Positions 1-10,659 of a DNA stretch of 64,000 nt are shown piece by piece (the first letter of the stretch is position 1; the number at the start of each line of letters is the position of its first letter). The position numbers were made by a program, and so were the translations under genes. This stretch comes from Synechococcus sp. (GTDB lineage Bacteria > Cyanobacteriota > Cyanobacteriia > PCC-6307 > Cyanobiaceae), in the NCBI GenBank assembly GCA_047285305.1, contig JBJBDL010000003.1:1216001-1280000 (forward strand), given 5' to 3'. Under the pieces are notes generated by a model. It ran no database searches. It was not told the origin of the DNA and worked only from the letters and a program-made list of their open reading frames with translations.

Positions 1-1305
1 CGCGATAAAGCCGTTGGTGCCGAGGTGGTGCGCGGGGTCAGCCCGGATCAGAAGTTCATCCAGGTAGTCCACGAACAGCTCGTGGAGGTCATGGGGGGCG
101 ATAACTCTCCTCTGGCCAAGGCGGCTGAAGCTCCCACCGTCGTGTTGATGGCCGGCCTTCAGGGTGCCGGTAAAACCACCGCGACGGCCAAGCTTGGCCT
201 CCACCTCAAGGATCAGGGTCGACGAGCCCTGATGGTGGGCGCCGACGTTTACAGACCAGCCGCCATCGAGCAGTTGAAAACGCTCGGTGCTCAGATCGAT
301 GTGGAGGTGTTCAGCCTCGGTGCTGAAGCCAAACCGGAAGACATTGCAGCCGCTGGTCTGGCCAAGGCGAAAAGGGAAGGCTTCGACACGCTCTTGGTCG
401 ACACCGCCGGTCGCCTTCAGATCGACACCGAGATGATGGAGGAGATGGTGCGGATCCGCACCGCTGTGCAGCCCGATGAGGTGCTGCTGGTGGTGGATTC
501 GATGATCGGCCAGGAAGCGGCCGAACTTACCCGCGCCTTCCACGACCAGGTGGGCATCACTGGAGCGGTGCTCACCAAGCTTGATGGCGATTCCCGAGGT
601 GGTGCCGCCCTTTCGATCCGCAAGGTGAGCGGTCAGCCGATCAAGTTCATCGGCACCGGAGAGAAGGTGGAGGCCCTGCAGCCGTTCCATCCCGAACGGA
701 TGGCCAGCCGAATCCTCGGCATGGGTGATGTGCTGACGCTGGTGGAGAAGGCCCAGAAGGAGGTCGAACTCGCCGACGTCGAAAAGATGCAGAAGAAGCT
801 GCAGGAGGCGACGTTTGATTTCTCGGACTTCGTGAAGCAGATGCGCTTGATCAAGCGCATGGGCTCGCTGGGGGGTCTGATGAAAATGATCCCGGGCATG
901 AACAAGATCGATGACGGCATGCTCAAGCAGGGGGAGCAACAGCTCAAGCGCATCGAGGCCATGATCGGCTCGATGACTCAGCAGGAGCGGGAAAATCCCG
1001 ACCTCCTGGCCAGTCAACCCTCAAGGCGTCGCCGGATTGCCAGCGGCAGCGGCCATCAGGCCGCAGACGTGGATAAGGTGCTGGCCGACTTCCAGAAAAT
1101 GCGCGGCTTCATGCAGCAGATGAGCCAGGGCAACATGCCCGGCATGGGAGGTATGCCCGGGATGGGAGGCATGCCAGGCATGGGCGGAATGCCAGGAATG
1201 CCTGGAATGGGAGGCATGCCTGGAGGTGGAGGTCGTCCCGGTCGCGGTGGACCACCGAAGCGGCAGCGACCCGCCAAGAAGAAGAAGGGCTTCGGGGATC
1301 TGTGA
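1..1305 (+). CDS. ffh: Signal recognition particle protein (5'-truncated by window edge)
   Basis: [27 protein letters not shown]-GTPase motifs; Met-rich M domain and GGMPGM tail. Confidence 0.97.
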   Translation, partial: RDKAVGAEVVRGVSPDQKFIQVVHEQLVEVMGGDNSPLAKAAEAPTVVLMAGLQGAGKTTATAKLGLHLKDQGRRALMVGADVYRPAAIEQLKTLGAQIDVEVFSLGAEAKPEDIAAAGLAKAKREGFDTLLVDTAGRLQIDTEMMEEMVRIRTAVQPDEVLLVVDSMIGQEAAELTRAFHDQVGITGAVLTKLDGDSRGGAALSIRKVSGQPIKFIGTGEKVEALQPFHPERMASRILGMGDVLTLVEKAQKEVELADVEKMQKKLQEATFDFSDFVKQMRLIKRMGSLGGLMKMIPGMNKIDDGMLKQGEQQLKRIEAMIGSMTQQERENPDLLASQPSRRRRIASGSGHQAADVDKVLADFQKMRGFMQQMSQGNMPGMGGMPGMGGMPGMGGMPGMPGMGGMPGGGGRPGRGGPPKRQRPAKKKKGFGDL

Positions 1306-1384
1306 GGGCGGAACGGTATGGTGGTTGTTTGGCGGGCCTTTGGGCGTCGCCGGACCACCTCTTTTCCTTCATTCCAGGGCCACG

Positions 1385-1780
1385 ATGATCAAGCTCCGCC
1401 TGAAGCGGTTTGGCAAGAAGCGGGAAGCGAGCTTCCGCCTCGTGGCCTGCAACAGCACCTCACGTCGGGACGGTCGTCCCCTGCAGGAGCTGGGCTTCTA
1501 CAACCCGCGGACGAAGGAAACACGCCTCGACACCGAGGCCATCCGTGAGCGTTTGGGTCAGGGTGCCCAACCCACCGATGTGGTTCGTACGCTGCTCGAG
1601 CGCGGCGGTCTTCTGGAAAAGACCGTGCGTCCTGCAGAGACCGTGGGCAAGGCCAAGCAAGCGGCCAAGCGTGAAGCTGATGCCAAGCAAGCTGCCGAGG
1701 CCAAGGCTGCTGCAGCTGAAGAGAAGGCTGCAAAAGCTGAAGCTTCTGATTCCGCAGAATCCGAATCCACCGAGGGCTGA
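1385..1780 (+). CDS. rpsP: 30S ribosomal protein S16 with Ala/Lys-rich C-terminal extension
   Basis: [12 protein letters not shown]...[15 protein letters not shown]; follows ffh. Confidence 0.97.
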   Translation: MIKLRLKRFGKKREASFRLVACNSTSRRDGRPLQELGFYNPRTKETRLDTEAIRERLGQGAQPTDVVRTLLERGGLLEKTVRPAETVGKAKQAAKREADAKQAAEAKAAAAEEKAAKAEASDSAESESTEG

Positions 1781-1788
1781 TCATTCCG

Positions 1789-2784
1789 GTGTCCGACGAC
1801 GGCGAACGCGGCCGTTTCGTTCTCGACCTGCCTGATCCCGATGCTGCACTGGCCCTGGCCGGTGAAGCGGAAACAACCCTGCATCGCATGGAAGCTCTGA
1901 CAGGAGCCTCCATGGTTTTGCGGGGTCTTCAACTGGTGATCACCGGGCGGCCAACGCAGATTGAGAGGGCTGCTGCGGTTGTCGAATTGGTGCGCCCGAT
2001 CTGGCAGGACGGTCAGTCGGTGTCACCGGTGGACCTCCAGTCGGCGCTGGGAGCGCTCAACACCGGCCGCGGCGATGACCACGCCGCCATGGGCGAGCAG
2101 GTTTTGGCGAAGAGTCAGAAGGGCAACCTGCTGCGCCCGCGCACCCTGCGCCAGAAGAAGTACGTGGATGCCATGGAGCGACACGACCTCACCTTTGCCC
2201 TCGGTCCTGCCGGCACGGGCAAAACCTTCCTTGCCACCGTTCTCGCGGTTCGGATGCTCACCGAACGCAAGGTGGAGCGCTTGATTCTCACCCGGCCGGC
2301 TGTCGAAGCCGGGGAGCGTCTGGGGTTCCTGCCGGGCGACCTGCAGCAGAAGGTGGACCCCTATCTGCGTCCGCTCTATGACGCTTTGCATTCCCTGCTC
2401 GGCGCGGAGAAAACCACTGTGCTGTTGGAGAAGGGCGTGATCGAGGTCGCTCCCCTGGCCTATATGCGTGGCCGCACCCTGAGCGATGCCTTTGTGATTC
2501 TGGATGAGGCGCAGAACACCACGCCGGCTCAGATGCGCATGGTGCTCACCCGCCTGGGAGAGCGTTCGCGAATGGTCGTGACCGGAGACATCACCCAGGT
2601 GGATCTTCCTTCCACCGTGCAGAGCGGTTTGGTGGAGGCGTCCGAGGTGTTGGAGGGCGTTGAAGGGGTTGCGGTCTGTCGCCTCACCGCTGCGGATGTG
2701 GTGCGTCATCCCCTCGTACAGCGGGTGGTGGAGGCCTATGCCAGACGGGACGAGCGCAAAATGCCCAAAGTTCAACGGAGATAG
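1789..2784 (+). CDS. phoH: PhoH family ATPase
   Basis: GPAGTGKT, RPAVEAGERLGFLPGD, DEAQN motifs. Confidence 0.95.
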   Translation: MSDDGERGRFVLDLPDPDAALALAGEAETTLHRMEALTGASMVLRGLQLVITGRPTQIERAAAVVELVRPIWQDGQSVSPVDLQSALGALNTGRGDDHAAMGEQVLAKSQKGNLLRPRTLRQKKYVDAMERHDLTFALGPAGTGKTFLATVLAVRMLTERKVERLILTRPAVEAGERLGFLPGDLQQKVDPYLRPLYDALHSLLGAEKTTVLLEKGVIEVAPLAYMRGRTLSDAFVILDEAQNTTPAQMRMVLTRLGERSRMVVTGDITQVDLPSTVQSGLVEASEVLEGVEGVAVCRLTAADVVRHPLVQRVVEAYARRDERKMPKVQRR

Positions 2785-2852
2785 GGAGATCCACACCCCA
2801 ATCCCTTGTCACCGCTGGCAGGATGTGATGAATCTTTGGTGACCTGGTCGAC

Positions 2853-3584
2853 ATGCCAGCAAGCAGCAATTTCCAGGAGGCGATCCGCGAGGCGCAGTCG
2901 AGCGCCCTCGTCGGCCCCAACGTCGTCAACAAAGCGCTGCCCTACGTCGGCGGCGGCATGGTTCTCACTTCAATCGGGGTGATCGGTGGTCTCTCGATGA
3001 TGGCCACACCGCTGTTCATGCCCCTGTTCTGGGTGGCTGTGATCGGCAATCTTGTGCTGTTCTTTGTGGCGCAGAACGTCGCCTTGAAGGGCAACAACGC
3101 CACAGCCTTGCCGCTGCTGTCCATCTATAGCCTGATCACCGGCTTTACCCTGAGTGGTCTCGTGGCTTTGGCGGGAGCCGTTGCTGGTGTGGGTGCGGTC
3201 GGTACCGCTGCACTGGCTACCGGCATCACCTTCGTGATTGCCTCGATCGTTGGCCGTCGCATGAGCGATTCAGTTGGCCAGGCGCTCTCTGGAGTGGTGG
3301 GTCTTGGATTGATCGGCCTGATTCTGGCGATGGTCGTCCAGTTCATCGGCGGCATCTTTGCTCCCACCATGTTCCACGGCACCAGTTTTGAGCTGATGAT
3401 CGCCGGCTTTGGCACCGTGCTCTTCGTGGGAGCCGCCTTCGTCGACTTCTACACGATGCCCCGCTCCTACCGGGATGACCAATACCTGGCAGGTGCCCTG
3501 AGCATGTACCTCACCTACATCAACCTGTTCATCTTCATCCTTCGCCTCATCATCGTGCTCAACGGTGGTGGTCGTCGCGACTGA
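2853..3584 (+). CDS. Bax inhibitor-1/YccA family membrane protein
   Basis: About 7 hydrophobic segments, C-terminal ALSMYLTYINLFIFILRL. Confidence 0.88.
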   Translation: MPASSNFQEAIREAQSSALVGPNVVNKALPYVGGGMVLTSIGVIGGLSMMATPLFMPLFWVAVIGNLVLFFVAQNVALKGNNATALPLLSIYSLITGFTLSGLVALAGAVAGVGAVGTAALATGITFVIASIVGRRMSDSVGQALSGVVGLGLIGLILAMVVQFIGGIFAPTMFHGTSFELMIAGFGTVLFVGAAFVDFYTMPRSYRDDQYLAGALSMYLTYINLFIFILRLIIVLNGGGRRD

Positions 3585-3612
3585 CGATTTCAACCCCATC
3601 GAATCAGGCTTC

Positions 3613-3637
3613 GCCCCGGCTTTTCCGGGGTTTTTTT
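3613..3637 (+). terminator. Rho-independent terminator
   Basis: GCCCCGG-loop-CCGGGGT followed by T-run, between convergent genes. Confidence 0.8.
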
Positions 3638-3642
3638 GTAAT

Positions 3643-4164
3643 TCAGCCCTCAGCCACGGCATAGACGCTGTCTCCAATGGCTTGTTTCTGCTCGGCGTCG
3701 TACCCCCACTTCTCCAGGAAGGCGACGTCCTCACCGCGGTTGTCGAGGGCTGCGGCCAGCAGTTGCTCTAGGCGCTCCTTCACCTCCGCTGGTTCCAGCA
3801 GCCTGAGCAGTTCGATGCAGCGGCTGCTGACCCGCTCCGAGCCGGCCTGCTGGGCCTCATCTCCCGTGCGCCGGTGATGCACGGTCATGGCGGTGCTCAT
3901 GGCCAGATTGCGGACGCTCAGATCCACAACGCCAGCCCCGGCGCCGCGCAGTTGACCCACGACGGCATCGGGCAAACGATCCATCAGCACGCTCTCGCCC
4001 GCCAGGCTCACCACGAAAAATCCCCGGGCACCATCGCGGCTGGCCACCATTTCACCGATGCGGTCGGCCAGCACCTCATCGCTGATCTCCTCGTTGTCCC
4101 ACTGTTGCAGCCAGGCCGCTGTGATTTCCATGGCCTGCTGGAAGGTGGGCTGCTGATCCGCCAT
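3643..4164 (-). CDS. Conserved cyanobacterial hypothetical protein
   Basis: Coherent ORF from MADQQPTFQQAMEIT, core-like codon usage. Confidence 0.7.
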   Translation of the reverse strand: MADQQPTFQQAMEITAAWLQQWDNEEISDEVLADRIGEMVASRDGARGFFVVSLAGESVLMDRLPDAVVGQLRGAGAGVVDLSVRNLAMSTAMTVHHRRTGDEAQQAGSERVSSRCIELLRLLEPAEVKERLEQLLAAALDNRGEDVAFLEKWGYDAEQKQAIGDSVYAVAEG

Positions 4165-4226
4165 GGACCTGTTCAATTCCTGCCCTAAGGCTATGGGTCG
4201 ATTCAACGGCGGCGCAGACTTAGAGC

Positions 4227-5162
4227 ATGCATGCAACTCCCCTGCCAGAGGATTACCGCTCTGGCTTCATCGCACTGATCGGTCGCCCGAACGTGGGCAA
4301 ATCCACGCTGGTGAATCAGCTGGTGGGGGAAAAGGTGGCGATCACATCGCCCGTGGCCCAGACCACCCGCAACCGCCTTCGGGCAATCCTCACCACGGAG
4401 GTTGCCCAGATGGTGCTGGTGGACACGCCTGGTATTCACAAACCCCACCACTTGCTGGGGGAACGGCTCGTGAAGAGTGCGCGCAGCGCCATCGGTGAAG
4501 TGGACCTAGTGGTCTTGCTGTTGGAGGGGTGCGAGCGCCCGGGGCGCGGTGATGCCTTCATCGTGAATCTGCTGCAGCAGCAGTCCCTGCCGGTGCTGGT
4601 GGCCCTGAACAAGTGGGACAAGCTGGCGGAGGAGCGCCGCTCTGAAGCGGAAGAGGCCTATGCCGCCCTGCTGCAGGAGACGAATTGGCCGGTGCACCGC
4701 TGCAGCGCCCTCTCAGGCGACGGCTGCGCAGAGCTCACAGCAGCGATGGCGGCTCAGTTGCCCTTGGGGCCACAGTTGTATCCGCCCGAGATGGTCAGTG
4801 ATCAACCGGAGCGGGTGCTGCTGGGGGAACTTATTCGCGAGCAGGTGCTTCTGCATACGCGGGAGGAGGTGCCCCACAGTGTTGCCGTCACCATTGATCG
4901 AGTTGAGGAGTTGCCGGTCAAGGGCAAGGGTGCAGGTCGGACGGCTGTCTTGGCTACGGTGCTGGTGGAACGGAAGAGTCAGAAAGGGATACTGATCGGC
5001 AAAGGCGGGGCGATGCTCAAGACGATCGGCCAGGGGGCGCGGCTGCAGATGCAGGTGCTGATTGATGGCCCGGTGTATTTGGAGCTGTTCGTCAAGGTGG
5101 TGCCTGATTGGCGCAGCAAACCGGCCCGCTTGGCGGAGCTGGGTTACACAGGGGATCAATAA
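4227..5162 (+). CDS. era: GTPase Era
   Basis: GRPNVGKSTL, QTTR, DTPG, NKWD and KH domain (SQKGILIGKGG). Confidence 0.97.
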   Translation: MHATPLPEDYRSGFIALIGRPNVGKSTLVNQLVGEKVAITSPVAQTTRNRLRAILTTEVAQMVLVDTPGIHKPHHLLGERLVKSARSAIGEVDLVVLLLEGCERPGRGDAFIVNLLQQQSLPVLVALNKWDKLAEERRSEAEEAYAALLQETNWPVHRCSALSGDGCAELTAAMAAQLPLGPQLYPPEMVSDQPERVLLGELIREQVLLHTREEVPHSVAVTIDRVEELPVKGKGAGRTAVLATVLVERKSQKGILIGKGGAMLKTIGQGARLQMQVLIDGPVYLELFVKVVPDWRSKPARLAELGYTGDQ

Positions 5163-5199
5163 CAAGAAATGCCTGACCCACTGCTGAGAGGATGGGTGC

Positions 5200-5661
5200 A
5201 TGAGTGAACAAGCCTTTCCCCCGGAAGACCCTGGTTCCTTTCTGAGCCTCTGTGACGGGGAGTGGATGAGCCTTCGCAGTTGCTTTGAGCTGGCTGCCGG
5301 TGGTGATGACGAGTGGCACAGCAGCGAACGGGGTGAACTCACCGTCCGCTGCGTGAGCGAGCAGGGGGCTCTCGGCCAACTGCAGGTGCAGGCCCCTGGT
5401 GGAACCAGTAGCACCCTCACCTTTGCCGCTGATGGACAGCTGATCCTCGATGGTGATTCTCCAGGTAACTGGAGGTTCTGGCCTGACGGCAGCATGGAGC
5501 TGAACCTCAGCCGGGCTGACGGCGTGCAGGTTCAGGAGCGGATCTGGTTCACGCGGGCGAACCTGCGCCTGCGCAGCACCACGGCGGTGGATGCCCAAGG
5601 AACACCAGTGCAGGGCAGTTTCTGCACGGATATCCGCAGGGTGTCCAAACCCGCGGCCTGA
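5200..5661 (+). CDS. CpcS/CpeS-like (Ycf58) phycobiliprotein lyase family protein
   Basis: FLSLCDGEWMSLRS...QERIWFTRANLRLR...SFCTDIRR beta-barrel pattern. Confidence 0.7.
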   Translation: MSEQAFPPEDPGSFLSLCDGEWMSLRSCFELAAGGDDEWHSSERGELTVRCVSEQGALGQLQVQAPGGTSSTLTFAADGQLILDGDSPGNWRFWPDGSMELNLSRADGVQVQERIWFTRANLRLRSTTAVDAQGTPVQGSFCTDIRRVSKPAA

Positions 5662-5667
5662 GGCGGC

Positions 5668-6873
5668 ATGGCGCCCTACCGCCTTGATGTGGTGAGCCTG
5701 GCGCCGCAGGCGTTTGCTCCTCTGCTGGAGCTGGGGGTGATCGGTCGTGCCTTCAACGCGGGCATCGCCGAGTTGCATCTGCATAACCCGAGGGACTTCG
5801 CCACGGATCGCCATCGCAAGGTGGACGACGAGCCCTACGGGGGCGGTGCCGGCATGGTGCTTAAGCCCGAGCCGGTGTTCGCCGCGATGGAGGCGATTCC
5901 ACGCAGTCCTCGCAGCCGGGTGCTGTTGATGTCACCGCAGGGGCGCCCCCTGCAGCAGGCAGATCTGCAGCGTTGGTCCAATGACCACGATCAACTGGTC
6001 TTCCTCTGCGGTCACTACGAGGGCTTCGACGAGCGGATTCGCGGCCTGGCCGATGAGGAGGTGTCGATGGGTGATTTCGTCCTCACCGGTGGTGAGCTGC
6101 CAGCGATGACGGTGATCAACGGTGTTGTGCGCCTGCTGCCCGGAACGGTGGGGACGGCCGATTCCCTGGTGGAGGAAAGCCACAGTGCACTCCTCCTGGA
6201 ACACCCGCATTACACCCGCCCCGCCGACTTCCGCGGCATGACCGTTCCGGATGTGCTGCGCAGTGGCGACCACGGTGCCATCGCCCGGTGGCGCCAGGAG
6301 CAGCGGGAGCAGCGCACCCGCGAGCGGCGGCCCGATCTATTTACCCGCTGGCAGACCGCGACAATGAATGACCCTTCAGATCCCGGCATGGAGCTGCGCA
6401 TCGGCAACGGATACGACATCCATCGGCTGGTGCCCGGACGGGCCCTCATCCTGGGGGGTGTGACCCTGGACCACCCTGATGGTCTTGGGCTGGATGGCCA
6501 CAGCGATGCAGATGTGCTGGTGCATGCGGTGATGGATGCGTTGCTCGGGGCTCTCGCCCTCGGTGACATCGGTAAGTACTTCCCCCCCACCGATCCCCAA
6601 TGGAAAGGCGCCAACAGCTTGAAGCTGCTGGATCAAGTGGTGAAGCTGGTGAAGGAGCGAGGCTGGTCGGTGGTGAACATTGATGCGGTAGTGATTGCTG
6701 AGCGCCCCAAACTCAAGCCGCATATCGCCGAGATGAGCAGCCGGATGGCGTCAGCGATCGGCATTGCCCCCGATGCCGTGGGTGTGAAGGCCACCACCAA
6801 CGAAGGCTTGGGTCCGGAGGGACGGGAAGAGGGCATCAGTTGCCAGGCTGTGGCTCTGCTGCAGCGGAGCTGA
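5668..6873 (+). CDS. trmD: Fused tRNA m1G37 methyltransferase TrmD and MECDP synthase IspF
   Basis: N-terminal [35 protein letters not shown]-terminal [27 protein letters not shown]; no stop between. Confidence 0.93.
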   Translation: MAPYRLDVVSLAPQAFAPLLELGVIGRAFNAGIAELHLHNPRDFATDRHRKVDDEPYGGGAGMVLKPEPVFAAMEAIPRSPRSRVLLMSPQGRPLQQADLQRWSNDHDQLVFLCGHYEGFDERIRGLADEEVSMGDFVLTGGELPAMTVINGVVRLLPGTVGTADSLVEESHSALLLEHPHYTRPADFRGMTVPDVLRSGDHGAIARWRQEQREQRTRERRPDLFTRWQTATMNDPSDPGMELRIGNGYDIHRLVPGRALILGGVTLDHPDGLGLDGHSDADVLVHAVMDALLGALALGDIGKYFPPTDPQWKGANSLKLLDQVVKLVKERGWSVVNIDAVVIAERPKLKPHIAEMSSRMASAIGIAPDAVGVKATTNEGLGPEGREEGISCQAVALLQRS

Positions 6874-6876
6874 ACT

Positions 6877-7317
6877 ATGTATCACCTCCGGTCTGTACTG
6901 CTTAGGGTCATCGCACCTTGTTTGGCGCTGGTTCTCTTGTTGGGCGGGCTTTCGGAGACAGAGGTGCGGGCAGAGTCCGACCCGACGCTTGGTGAGGTGG
7001 TGGCTGTAGTGGAGCACCTGCGGCTGCAGGTACCCCGGGAGAGCCGTGAGCAGTGGATGGCGGCGGAACGAGGCAGCTGGGAGCCTTGGTTGAAGCAACA
7101 GCCGGGTTTTCTGGGCCGTGATCTGTTTTGGGATCCGGTAACCGAAGAGGGAACTCTGCTGATTCGTTGGAGCAGTCGTAAGGCATGGAAATCGATCTCC
7201 ATGGCCGAGGTGGAGAAGGTCCAGGAGCGCTTCGAGACCTTGGCCCGCGAGCAAACAGGCCAGCGCCATGGCAACCCGTTCCCGCTGGTATTTGAAGGGG
7301 AACTGTTGCCGCAGTGA
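6877..7317 (+). CDS. Cyanobacterial ABM-like protein (TIGR03792-type)
   Basis: VVEHLRLQVP...WEPWLKQQPGFLGRDLFWD...LIRWSSRKAWKSI. Confidence 0.7.
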   Translation: MYHLRSVLLRVIAPCLALVLLLGGLSETEVRAESDPTLGEVVAVVEHLRLQVPRESREQWMAAERGSWEPWLKQQPGFLGRDLFWDPVTEEGTLLIRWSSRKAWKSISMAEVEKVQERFETLAREQTGQRHGNPFPLVFEGELLPQ

Positions 7318-7988
7318 CCACGCCGGATGCTCGCCTCGATCTGCGGCGCCGTCAGCGCTTGGGCATGGTCGAGGCCGTGTGGGGAGAACACAAGACAGCC
7401 GATCAGATCATCGCGATCCTCGAGAGCTTCTCCGCAGCAGGGGAACTGGGTCTGGTGACCCGGGTGGCTCCCGAAAAGGCGGCACGGGTTTGTGAGGCGT
7501 TGCCGGCGGTGGAGCTGCATGCCGATGCTCGCTGCCTCACCCTGGGTGCACTGCCTCCTGTGCCTGCGCCACCGGCTGCGGTGGTGGTGCTAAGCGGAGG
7601 CAGTAGTGATCGCACGGTGGTGGCGGAGATCAGCTTGGCCCTGCGTTGCCATGGCATCGGCGTGGATCCTGTGATGGATGTGGGGGTGGCTGGATTGCAC
7701 CGTCTGCTCGATCAACTGCCCCGTCTGGCATCGGCGCGGATCCTGATCGCCTGCGCCGGAATGGAGGGTGCGTTGCCGACGGTGCTGGCTGGTCTGGTGC
7801 CGCAACCCGTGATCGGCGTCCCGGTCTCGGTTGGTTATGGAATCAGCGCAGGGGGACGAACTGCTCTGGAAGGAATGCTTGCCAGCTGTGCTCCAGGCCT
7901 GACGGTGGTGAATATCGACAACGGCTATGGCGCAGCCATGGCTGCATTACGGATGCTAAGGGGCTGTGCCCCGGGCGCTTCAAGCTGA
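7314..7988 (+). CDS. larB: LarB/CpmA family (PurE-like) protein
   Basis: DVGVAGLHRL, AGMEGALPTV, PVSVGYG, VVNIDNGYGAA. Confidence 0.88.
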   Translation: MTTPDARLDLRRRQRLGMVEAVWGEHKTADQIIAILESFSAAGELGLVTRVAPEKAARVCEALPAVELHADARCLTLGALPPVPAPPAAVVVLSGGSSDRTVVAEISLALRCHGIGVDPVMDVGVAGLHRLLDQLPRLASARILIACAGMEGALPTVLAGLVPQPVIGVPVSVGYGISAGGRTALEGMLASCAPGLTVVNIDNGYGAAMAALRMLRGCAPGASS

Positions 7989-7992
7989 CGCT

Positions 7993-8130
7993 TCAAGCCG
8001 CAGCGGAAGGATCGATCTTGCCGAGACGCTGCAGCTCAGCGCTGTTGTGATCGCACTCCACCTGCTGAAGCGCATGCACAAGAGCATCCAGATCAGCCCG
8101 CGCCAGCTCACCGTCCTGTTGCCATTGCAT
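7993..8130 (-). CDS. Small hypothetical protein, 45 aa (below ORF-track cutoff)
   Basis: Translated by hand: MQWQQDGELARADLDALVHALQQVECDHNSAELQRLGKIDPSAAA. Confidence 0.55.
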   Translation of the reverse strand: MQWQQDGELARADLDALVHALQQVECDHNSAELQRLGKIDPSAAA

Positions 8131-8247
8131 GGACCGGGGGTCGGGAGCCAACGCTGGAGGTGCGCAATCTGATCAACCAATTTAGGCCTGATCGCTGGGA
8201 AGAAATACTCAGAAAACCTGTAGATGAGCCATGAGGGGTCTGGCTTC

Positions 8248-9207
8248 TCAGAGGTGTTGGAGGTTGGGGTAGGCCGTCACCATGTCGTTGGCGCTCAGCA
8301 CATCTCCGCGGCCTTCCGGTTGCCAAATCACTTCCAGGGCCATGAGTTCACTGGAGGCTGTGGAACCAAGAATGCGCAGGGTCTGGCGCAGATCTTCTCC
8401 GGTGTCGGCTCCGGCGAGCTTGGTCGATGCCGTGGAGGCCACCAGTAAGGTCACAACTATGAATTCGTTGGTGGCATCAGCGTCTCCAGCGCTGCTGCTC
8501 GTGTCCGTTGTTCGCTGTCCTCCGACGTTGCTGGTGAGCTCAGCGTCCAGCTTGCTGCGCTCGTTCATCGAGAGCCGATTGAACGTCGATTCAGCCGAAC
8601 TGAAGGGAACACTGCCGCTCTCGGCATTGGCGTAGACCCAGAGGTCCGGTTGGCGCAGCAGTGCCAGGGTTGTCTCCTGCAGCAGCCTTTGCAGACCGGC
8701 GGAACTGCTGGTGTCCGAGGAGGAGGCCAAGGAGCGCAGATCCTCTTGTAGGGATTTGGCACTGGCCAGCAGGCCCACCTGCACCTGAATCATGTTCACA
8801 TTGCGCGGCATGACTGGAGCCGCAGCAGCACCACCGATCGAGGGGGCATTGCTAACGCCACGAAGGGCGTTCACCAGCATGCCTGCTACCGCCATAAGGA
8901 TCAGCAGACCAAACAGTCCACCACCACCGAAGCCGAAGATGGGAATGAGGAAGGGGAAACCCATCCCGCTGCCGCGGTAGCCCCCCCCGCGGTAGCCACC
9001 GCCGTAACTGCCCCCCCCGTAGCTGCCACCGGATCGCGGCATTGAGGGAGCACGGAAACTGCCCCCTCCCATGCGCCCACCTCGGGCGGCATCAGCTGGC
9101 TGTGCCTGGAACAGGCAGAGCCCGACGATCACCAGCGGCAACAATATTGATGCGAGCAGTCGTCGGGATCGTGTCAACAGTCGGGGAGTGGCCACAGCAG
9201 CGCCCAC
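8248..9207 (-). CDS. DUF1517 family protein
   Basis: Signal peptide, ARGGRMGGGSFRAPS Gly-rich stretch, ETTLALLRQP, ALEVIWQP. Confidence 0.85.
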   Translation of the reverse strand: MGAAVATPRLLTRSRRLLASILLPLVIVGLCLFQAQPADAARGGRMGGGSFRAPSMPRSGGSYGGGSYGGGYRGGGYRGSGMGFPFLIPIFGFGGGGLFGLLILMAVAGMLVNALRGVSNAPSIGGAAAAPVMPRNVNMIQVQVGLLASAKSLQEDLRSLASSSDTSSSAGLQRLLQETTLALLRQPDLWVYANAESGSVPFSSAESTFNRLSMNERSKLDAELTSNVGGQRTTDTSSSAGDADATNEFIVVTLLVASTASTKLAGADTGEDLRQTLRILGSTASSELMALEVIWQPEGRGDVLSANDMVTAYPNLQHL

Positions 9208-9225
9208 AGCATTGATCTGGTGACT

Positions 9226-9444
9226 CTAGGAACCACCACCAACGATGGTGACGATCTCAAGGGTGTCGTCATCCTTCACCACGATGCTGTCCCAGCGGCT
9301 GCGGGGTGCGATCACGCCGTTGTGCTCTGCGACCACCAGTTGGGGGTTGTTGGCGAGCAAGGCGACAACAGCCCCAAGGCTGGCGGGGTCCGGTGCTGGA
9401 TCCAGCACGCGGGTTATACCGTTGACTATCAGGGTGAGAGGCAT
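9226..9444 (-). CDS. thiS: Sulfur carrier protein ThiS
   Basis: VNG...EHNG...LEIVTIVGGG; adjacent to thiE. Confidence 0.93.
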   Translation of the reverse strand: MPLTLIVNGITRVLDPAPDPASLGAVVALLANNPQLVVAEHNGVIAPRSRWDSIVVKDDDTLEIVTIVGGGS

Positions 9445-9447
9445 GGC

Positions 9448-10506
9448 TCAGAACGAGGCGTAGTCCAGCTGCTGGAGCAGTTGCCGCGAGGCCAGACCGC
9501 TGTCATCTGCGTGCATGATCGCGCCGATCACGGCCACGCGCTGCCCCCCTGCCGTGAGTAGTGCCGGCAGATTGGCCGGGGTGATTCCACCGATTGCGAA
9601 GACGGCGCATTGGCTGATCGCAGTGGCCTGCGCCAGGAGCTCCACACCAACAGGGTCCCGCTCGGGTTTGACGGCCGTGGAGTGGATCGGGCCGAAGCCG
9701 AGATAATCGACCGGCTCCTGCTGAGCCTGATGAACCTGCTCGATGCTGTGGGTGCTCCGGCCCAGCAGACGATCGGAACCCAGTAGATCGCGGGCCACCT
9801 CGCTTGGCATGTCCTCCTGACCCAGGTGCACCCCATCCGCATCCACCGCTAGGGCAATGTCCACACGGTCGTTGATGAACAAGAGCGCCCCGAAGCGTGT
9901 GCAGAGCTGCCTGAGCTGCTGAGCCTCCCGCAGGCGTTCGCGGTCGTTCCCCGCTTTGCAGCGGTACTGCACCATCCCAACGCCGTTCCGCAGGGCCGCC
10001 TCCACCCGATCGGTCAGGTCATCGCAGGTGGTAGTGATCAGGCAAAGGCGAGCGTCCTTGAGCTTGTTGCGTCGCCTCGCTCCCAGGGTGGCGTTGAGAC
10101 AGGTCACCTCCAGGTCGTAAAGCCCGTAGCGGATCGCTGCGGCTTCAGCGGCCAGCGCAGGATCGATGGTGCGGCCGTACTCCTCCAGGACACGCAACGC
10201 CTCCTGCACCCGAGCGCAGTTGGCCGCCACCACGTGGTCGGGGCTATGGCGATCGAGCTGGGCCGGATGCTCCAATCCGGCGCCGGTGTCGGTGCTGGTG
10301 GAGCGGGCCTGCTTGTAGCTGTCGTGATGCAGTCGCCCCAGACGTTGACGCCAGTCTTTAAGACGCACCACCAGATCCTGTTGCTCCAGCCCAAAGCGGC
10401 ACCAGTCCTCGACCACCCTCAGGCCTTCCCGTGCACGGTCGAGGTTGGCGTCGATCAGTCGTGCCACCCGTGGATCCAGGGATGTCTCGCTTGGGGTTGG
10501 ATTCAT
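9448..10506 (-). CDS. thiE: Thiamine-phosphate synthase (cyanobacterial long form)
   Basis: DANLDRAREGLRVVEDW N-domain; QYRCK, INDRVD, GVHLGQED, AIGGI. Confidence 0.95.
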   Translation of the reverse strand: MNPTPSETSLDPRVARLIDANLDRAREGLRVVEDWCRFGLEQQDLVVRLKDWRQRLGRLHHDSYKQARSTSTDTGAGLEHPAQLDRHSPDHVVAANCARVQEALRVLEEYGRTIDPALAAEAAAIRYGLYDLEVTCLNATLGARRRNKLKDARLCLITTTCDDLTDRVEAALRNGVGMVQYRCKAGNDRERLREAQQLRQLCTRFGALLFINDRVDIALAVDADGVHLGQEDMPSEVARDLLGSDRLLGRSTHSIEQVHQAQQEPVDYLGFGPIHSTAVKPERDPVGVELLAQATAISQCAVFAIGGITPANLPALLTAGGQRVAVIGAIMHADDSGLASRQLLQQLDYASF

Positions 10507-10539
10507 GGCACGCTGTGGGCAACGGTTTCGGCGTCGGTC

Positions 10540-10659
10540 ATGGAGAACGGTGGTTCTGAGAGCACCATGCACGTTCTTGTCTGGGGAATCGTCCTTCTCG
10601 GCGGCATTGGCGTGTTCATCGTCTGGGGGCTGGTGAATGCCTATCCGACCGTGGCCTGA
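10540..10659 (+). CDS. Small single-pass membrane protein
   Basis: MENGGSESTMHVLVWGIVLLGGIGVFIVWGLVNAYPTVA fills the thiE-ribF gap. Confidence 0.6.
   Translation: MENGGSESTMHVLVWGIVLLGGIGVFIVWGLVNAYPTVA

Noticed and set aside
1135..1225. GGMPGM-coding near-tandem repeats in ffh
   Set aside because: In-frame low-complexity M-domain tail, typical of SRP54 proteins
1650..1780. Repetitive Ala/Lys/Glu tail of rpsP
   Set aside because: Ordinary low-complexity extension, no sign of a separate element
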